Positions 57,004 to 64,000 of a DNA stretch of 64,000 nt are shown here, in pieces (the first letter of the stretch is position 1; every line of letters starts with the position of its first letter). The translations under genes were made by a program, and so were the position numbers. The notes below the pieces were generated by a model, which did not search any database, was not told where the DNA came from, and saw only the letters and a list, made by a program, of their open reading frames with translations. This DNA is from the human T2T-CHM13v2.0 reference genome, Homo sapiens: NCBI RefSeq assembly GCF_009914755.1, contig NC_060931.1; one strand, 5' to 3'.

Positions 57004-57283
57004 TTTTGAGACAGGGTCTCTGCTGCTCATGCTGGAGTGCAGTGGTGCGATCATGGCTCACTGCAGCTTTGACTCCCTGGGCTCAAGCGATCCTCCCACC
57101 TCAGACTCCTGCATAGCTGGGACCACAGGCACGTGCCACCATGCCTGGCTAATTTTTGTATTTTTTGTAGAGATGAGGTTTTGCCATGTTGCCCAGGCTG
57201 GTCTCGAGCTCATGGGCTCAAGTGATCTGCCTGCCTCGGCCTCCCAAAGTGTTGGGATTACAGACATGAGTCTGCGCCCAGCC
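56956..57283 (-). mobile_element. AluJb with (ATTT)n tail
   Basis: Reverse dimer; TSD aaacccttatt at 56945-56955 and 57285-57295. Confidence 0.92.
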
Positions 57284-57481
57284 CAAACCCTTATTAAAAT
57301 ACAAACATGTTTCTTGGAGAATTTAATATTCAATCCCTAGAAATATATTGTAATTTTAATGTGAGTTCTTTTTCAGGATGTGATAACGTAATGGCAATGA
57401 TCATAACTACAATAGCAAATATTACTGAGAGCTACAAAGGCTTTTTTTCAGACAGGTACAATTATTAGTATTCCATTAAGA

Positions 57482-57696
57482 CAGAATTTTTTAGTGTTGG
57501 CACTACTGACATTTTGGGTTAAGAATAATCGTTATGGGGGCTGTCTTGTGCACTATAGGATGTTTATCAGTTTCCCTGTCCTCTACTCACTAGATGCCGG
57601 TAGGAACCCCTTCACTCTAGTTTGTGACAATCAGAATGTCTCCAGACTTATCAGATGTCCCTGGAGGAGGGAACTTCATGGAGTTAAGAACCATTA
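57482..57696 (+). mobile_element. MER20 (hAT-Charlie) inserted in a minus-strand MIR
   Basis: ggcactactgacattttggg...ctgtcttgtgcactataggatgttta...aatgtctccagac; degenerate 8-bp TSD cattaaga / tgttaagg. Confidence 0.85.
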
Positions 57697-59088
57697 TGTT
57701 AAGGAGATGATGAAACTGAGGTCTGGAGAGGTTGAGTAGCTTTTCTAAGGTCCTAAATGGCAGAGTTAGTTCTACAAGGCTTTTCTGATTAGAAAATGCT
57801 TGTCTACTTACTACTGTATACCACCAACCCATCCTACAGTTCTTTTCCCGTTTCTGTCTAATAGCATATGTCTAGTGGACATCTGCCATGTATACTGTGT
57901 GTGCACACCTGTATGCACCCATGTCCAGCAACTATCTGTTAATATTTCAAAGCACTCTTAAACTGATTTTACATTAATCCTCAGTCACCCATCAGTCACG
58001 AATTGTAGAAAAGGAAACTGATACCTGTGCCGTTATCCTAGCCATTTCTGAGCCAGGAGATGCCTTTTAATGGAGGTCTGAGGTCAGAGGCTTGGCATAA
58101 AAGTCCAGATTAGGAGACCCTACTGCAAGCAAACTTTCATTTCCTAATGGAGCTGTGCAGCCTGCAACTCCAGTCATCACTACCCAGGCCCCATCTTATG
58201 TTTGGGGTGAGTAGACTATGCCAGTCTCCAAGGGATAAATAAATAATATGAAGAAGCTCCAAAATGCTTCTCACCCCTGTGCTGTCATGAAATGGAAATG
58301 ACACCCAAAGCCAAAACTAGCCAAATTTATATCTTTGTTTTCCTGCCCATCCTGTAGTCATTATCAGAACCTCCAAACTCCAAGTTTCAGCCTCTTCCAT
58401 CCGAAGCAGTTGAGCCACTAGGAATGTTTGAGAATGTTAGTAGATTTTAACTCTGTGTCTCTTTCTCTCCTGACTGTTGACATCAACTCTTTCATGCTCA
58501 GCGACATTTTCTTCATTACTTCATAAATACATGAATATTTATTACTATGAGGGGAAAGCACACTACAGTTTACAATGACTGCAGCTGGAAAAAATAATAA
58601 TTAACACGAGAGATTTCCAGGACTCAGGAGAGTAAGCAGCCTAGGGAAGGCAAACTAGGGTCTGTGGAATATGAAAACAGCTGTCACCCAGAAACAACCA
58701 AAATGGTAAAGACCTGCCAAAGGACATTGTGTTGGCAGAAAATAACCAAGAGAAGTTTTAGATTATAGTGTGTAATTAGTGTGTAATTAACATTTGCATA
58801 AATATTTGCACTGCGGTACTTTGTGCATAGTATGGTAGTAGCGGATAGCAATTGCACACACACACACTCACACGTAACACACACACACAGCAAAAAGGCT
58901 CAAAAAAGTGTGTATTCATATACTTATTCAAAATCTTACTTGAAACTCAACTCCCTGTTTAAATCTTCCCCATCTTGCCTACAAAAAGTACTTGGCATTT
59001 TATTCCGATCTCTATGACTCTTTTCTGTTTATAAGTCTATTATTTCTTTAGACTCTAGACTCTTGACTTACCTGGTTTATTGCTTTCA

Positions 59089-59431
<343 letters not shown>

Positions 59432-59469
59432 GTTGATGGCTGAATGAATAAAGATGGTCAAGATGAGAA

Positions 59470-60000
59470 TTGTGTGATTCAGTTTCATTTAACTACCTGG
59501 TAACATGCCCCAAGCAGGCAGTGTGTTAGCTACTGGAGAACAGGGACATCTCAAAGATTTGTGGCCTTTCCTTCACCGTGGTCTGAGATGATGGCTCATA
59601 CTACACCTTATTGCTCAATCATTCAGCTAGTCAGACAGCCAACAAGCCTTTTCCCCCTCAGTGCTCGCAATGTGCCAGCCACGTGCAGGACCTTTGAGAA
59701 TACCCAGCAGAGAAGTTAACAGACATTCCAATTTGATGTGATACATGCTGTGCTTGATATGTGCTCAAGATTTTTCGAAAACAGAGAGGAAGACATTCTG
59801 ACAGGTAGAGTCAGTCAAGGCTTTCCAGGTTAATGAGCTGAATCTTGAAGGATGAGTGGGATGCTCAGATGGGCACTGCAGGCAAAGTATAGCACAAGCA
59901 AGTCCTGGAGATGGAGGAGAGATGGTAAGATGGCAGCCTGCAAGTGGCTGGCATGGCCAGGTGACAGCAATGTGAAGGCCTTTGGAGAGGTAAAGGTGGT
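59470..60000 (-). mobile_element. L2 fragments
   Basis: aatgtgccag...gagctgaatcttgaaggatgagtggga. Confidence 0.5.
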
Positions 60001-61374
60001 ATCTATGTAATCTGCATAATGCAGGTGAATGTCTCAGGTGGCCTCAATCCAGGCTCTTAGAGGGGTTAGGGAGGGTGAGGCCAGAAGAGGTAGGCAGGGC
60101 CAGACTTAGTGGCCCAAAGTGTAACTCAAAAAGACGGAGGCTGCTAGGGACAGGGGGCTTGCCCTGACTTGCAGGACTCTTCAAGGGTGGAATGCAGAAT
60201 CCTCACCCTGTGTAACTGGAGTGCAGGCTCAGGGCAGAGAGCAAGTTCAGGATGCTGTCTCCCTTAGGGTTAGACATCCTCTTGTGGTCAGCATCCAAGA
60301 GGAAGAAGCGACCACACCCTGTCATTTGCTGTGGAGACTACACTGATGCCTCAACTTACACATATCAGGCTATCAACACAGTCTATTGAAATAGCTTACT
60401 TTTTTCTTTTGGTCATTTGCTTTGATTTCAAAGTCAGCCTTGTCTAATTGGTTGCTAAGATTGGGCTTCGTATCCAGTTAGGGTTGAAGCATTACATTTT
60501 ACTATCCACATAATTCGTGAGTTAAAAATACTTCCAACAGTTTATGACTCATACTTTTCAACTCATAGATGAGAAGTGAGGTGGGTGACTGTGGATGCCT
60601 GCGATTTTGGTATAGGCTCAAGGGCCAGTGGGTTCTAAATGTGATTTCTGGTCTGCTGAAAAGGCCCTGACATTCCCAGATCATTCCAAGACTTTCGGGC
60701 TATACCAGAAATTAGAGCCACATCCATTTAGATTCAAGTTTATTACCTACTGTGATGAGTAACATTTTAAGTTTCTATCAATCACACAGTCTTTTATGTG
60801 TTTGAAAGATCTGGGAGTAGGTTTTGATAGGTGGGAGTCAGGGTTGGGAACAAGAGGTTACAGGGTGGGGGAGGCACAGAATTCACCTGGTTTTCGATTT
60901 CATATGAGATTAATGCAGTTTGGTTCAATGTGCCAAATATTTATGGAGCACATACTGCATTCAAGATATGGCAACATGTCCTCAGGCTATCAAAGATGGG
61001 GCTCCTGTGATGCTTGCCCTCAGTGAGGTTTCTAGCCTTTGGGGACACTGAGAAATATATCAATAACTGGGATGCAGCTCACAGTATGTTGAAACAAGCT
61101 GCTAAGGGGCACAGAGGTGGAGAGCGAGTAGGTTTGTGTGTGCAGATGGGACAAGGTGGGGACGTGAGAAGAAAGGGAGCTCAGGCCACATGGCAGTGGA
61201 CACTGAGTGAGAATGCTGCCAGGTTATACAGACCCACCCTAGAGTTGGCTTGCTCATTTGTAAACTAAGGGTGATGAGTCTCCCCGTGTCCTGCAGAGGT
61301 ATGTTGTAAAGGTTGAATGAATTGCATAATGCTAATGAATTTGAAATATATAAAGGGTGTTTAAATGCTGTTAA

Positions 61375-61685
61375 GGCCCCTCACAGTGGCTTACGCCTGT
61401 AATCCCAGCACTTTGGGAGGCTGAGGTGGGCGGATCGCTTGAGGCCAGGAGTTCAAGACCAGCCTGGTCAATACGGTGAAACCTCATCTCTACTAAAAAT
61501 ACAAAAATGAGCCGAGCCTGGTGGTGCACATCTGTAATCCCAGCTACTCAGGAGGCTGAGGCACGAGGATTGCTTGAACCCGGGAGGTGGAGGCTGCAGT
61601 GAGCCACTACACTCCAGCCTGGGTGACAGAGCGAGACTCCATCTCAAAAAAATAAAATAAAGTATAAAATAAGTTAAAAAATAAA
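61375..61685 (+). mobile_element. Old AluS/J
   Basis: Dimer with short right-arm deletion; TSD taaatgctgttaa / taaatgccattaa. Confidence 0.9.
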
Positions 61686-64000
61686 TAAATGCCATTAATT
61701 ATTTCATTGTTGGCAGCATCAGAATCAGAACCCAGGCTATTTGGTTTAACCCTTAATCTCTGTGAGCCTTCCTGAAACTTTTTTCCCCTTTTAGTAGAAT
61801 TTGCTTTATTGGAGAAATCTTTTGGTTGCTGTAGGCAGCTGCATGTGTCTCTTGATTTACAGAGGAGGGTGGAACAAGGACAAGGAGGAAGATGACATTG
61901 ATAAGTGTGGGTGGAGAATTCTAAATTTCATGAGTCAAATACAATTTCTGGGACTCTTAAGATGCTTGGAACCTCTTTGAAAAACTGCCTTACACCCTGT
62001 GTTTTAAATTGTGCAGTGGAGCATACATTAACTGAGTGGGCCTGCCTTTACATCTCCAGTCCCATCTTAGGACTGGAGATCCCTCAAGCATTCAGGAGAA
62101 CTTAGCTTCTTCCTAAGACATGGGTCTGTCCAGGCCTTGCTTGCATGAAATCTTACATTGTAAGATTTAAGTGATCATGAAATGAGAAATCTAAGCATTG
62201 AATTTATTCATGGACTCTGTAGTGGGAAACCTCCCCAATATACTCTTGTTTGAGTGACTTGGAAACCAGAAAGAAATAGGGCAACAACGCTGTTTATTTT
62301 GAACAATATTTCATTTGCTCTGCTTTCAAATCAATTATTTGTATTTTTGTTGTGACTGAAAATTGACAAATGTCAGAGGAAATGCTGCATGACTTTTCCC
62401 TGTCCTGGAAAATGAAGAAACATATTTATTGACCATGTCGGTGGTTTTATATCTAAGTATCAGCTGCTGTTCAAACCTGTTCTTTTCCTAATTTCCAACA
62501 GCATGAGTTCAGGTGGCAAGGGATACTTTCTGAGCAGGTAGTGTATTTTGTTAGAGGCCAGTAGGCGGTGTGTGGTGCAAAAAGCAGCCACTGATTCTTG
62601 TTTGACTTCTTAAATGTATCTATATTGTGGGAGTAAGAGGAGACTAGATGCGACCCACAGTCACTCACTGAGGAGAGAAGAGCCACCGCAGAACCAAAAC
62701 CAAACCTCCCCTCTCTTGTAAGTAGCTTCCTGTAGCCAATCCATTCTGAAAATTACAAGCAAGGGTTGGAGTTGAGAGGGGATCTTCTTTCCTCTGCTCT
62801 TTGTTTTGCTTGGTAGTGGTCCTGCTGAAACCCTGGCTCCTTTTATCATTCTTTCCTTTTATAGTTTCTTCAGGAAAGCCCCAGGCCTCTGAGGCTGGCT
62901 TCCTCCCCCTCCAGAGATTTTAAATGTGAAGACAGGAAACGTTTGTTGGGCTTCGTCATTTTATGACACTGATGCCCACTCCCCCTCCCACACACTCTCA
63001 TTTGATGCCTCCTAAAAAGTTCTGCCAACATTAAGCAACCATCTTTTAATGTGGCTTTGGCTGAACTTGTCCTCTAGGAAGTGTGTGTGGCAGGGCACTC
63101 CTATCTCAGCCACGGCAGCCACTTCAGAGAGCTGAGCTCATCCGCCATTCCAGTGTTCAGAGGCCCTGTGGGCGTCAGCTTCGCTCCTACAGCACTGGGA
63201 GGCCTGAGGACCAAAGCTACCTCTTCAGGGCCATCTGGCTGCTTCCAGGACCAGCCCTCTCCTTTCAGAGGTAGCTGCTAGGTGTCCCAACAAACGATGA
63301 TATGCTGGGTATATGCATAGTATTTTCCAGGCGATCCCATGGGAAATGACAGAGTTTATGTGGGAACTAGAGAAATACATAGTAGTTAAAGGAATTGTTC
63401 ATCCACAGCCATTCGGGCACTGATAGAAGGTGAATTTCCAATTCTCCTTTCTACCAAATTTTGTTTAATTAGCTAGTGTATTTTCACTGTTGAATCTCTA
63501 GAGCAGTTCTAAAATTGTAACATGCTCTGCCATCCCCAATTGCTAAACTTCACTGGAAAGCTCTGTGAAGTAGGTACGTGGGGGCTTCCTCCTACTTTCA
63601 ACTAAGGAAACTGAGTTGGGGAAGAAGTTCTTATGTGGCCTAGAGCCAGACAGTGAGTGAAGGAGAGATATGCTCTAAAAACTTAGCCTCAGATTAGGAG
63701 ACCCTGGTTTGCTCCAAGGCCATGGTTCTGTCCCTTTGCTGTCACACATATGTCAAAGGAAAGCTGTAGAAATGCATAAGAAACTCACAGATTACTGCGC
63801 AATCCACCTGGGTTACATCATCACAGGATTCAACTCTCACTTTGTCATTAGCCTTTTCTGTAAGCCCCGCCAAAGATTACCTTCCTAAAATAACCCTCAA
63901 AGCCACCAAAAACCTGAACTCTGCCTGAGGCAGGGTGTTTGAAGGCAGCCAGACCTTCCTCAGATTATCTAAGTGGTGATAGAGAGATAGTTACCAATGA

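Noticed and set aside
59066-59074. Perfect minus-strand donor CAG|GTAAGT (also near 9016-9024)
   Set aside because: No convincing paired acceptor; isolated consensus donors are common.

Overview
Primate (human-like) non-coding genomic DNA: AT-rich, CpG-depleted, no CpG island and no recognisable protein-coding exon, RNA gene or CRISPR array. Much of the window is transposon-derived: about 18 Alu/FLAM copies (J, S and Y types, most with visible target-site duplications, TSDs), a TSD-flanked 5'-truncated L1PA, an orphan L1PB-like ORF2 fragment, a rearranged near-full-span L1MD-like element, HAL1/L1ME, several L2 and MIR copies, MLT1 LTRs, a nested MER21/MER72-like LTR pair, and MER5, MER20 and MADE1 DNA-transposon remnants. 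The supplied ORFs are repeat-derived or chance. LINE-1 and LTR copies lean towards the minus strand, which suggests an intron of a + strand transcript (inference). Best leads: (1) a candidate first exon at ~3.3 kb encoding a signal-peptide-like sequence broken by one TGA, followed by a well-formed 159-nt GT-AG intron; (2) a ~90-bp unique sequence duplicated 3.1 kb away; (3) an inverted self-copy inside the old L1; (4) a perfect 16-bp inverted repeat; (5) a recurring class of short templated duplications. Subfamily names are from recall of consensus sequences and boundaries of old repeats are approximate. I could not identify the locus, and no new biological system is established by this sequence.
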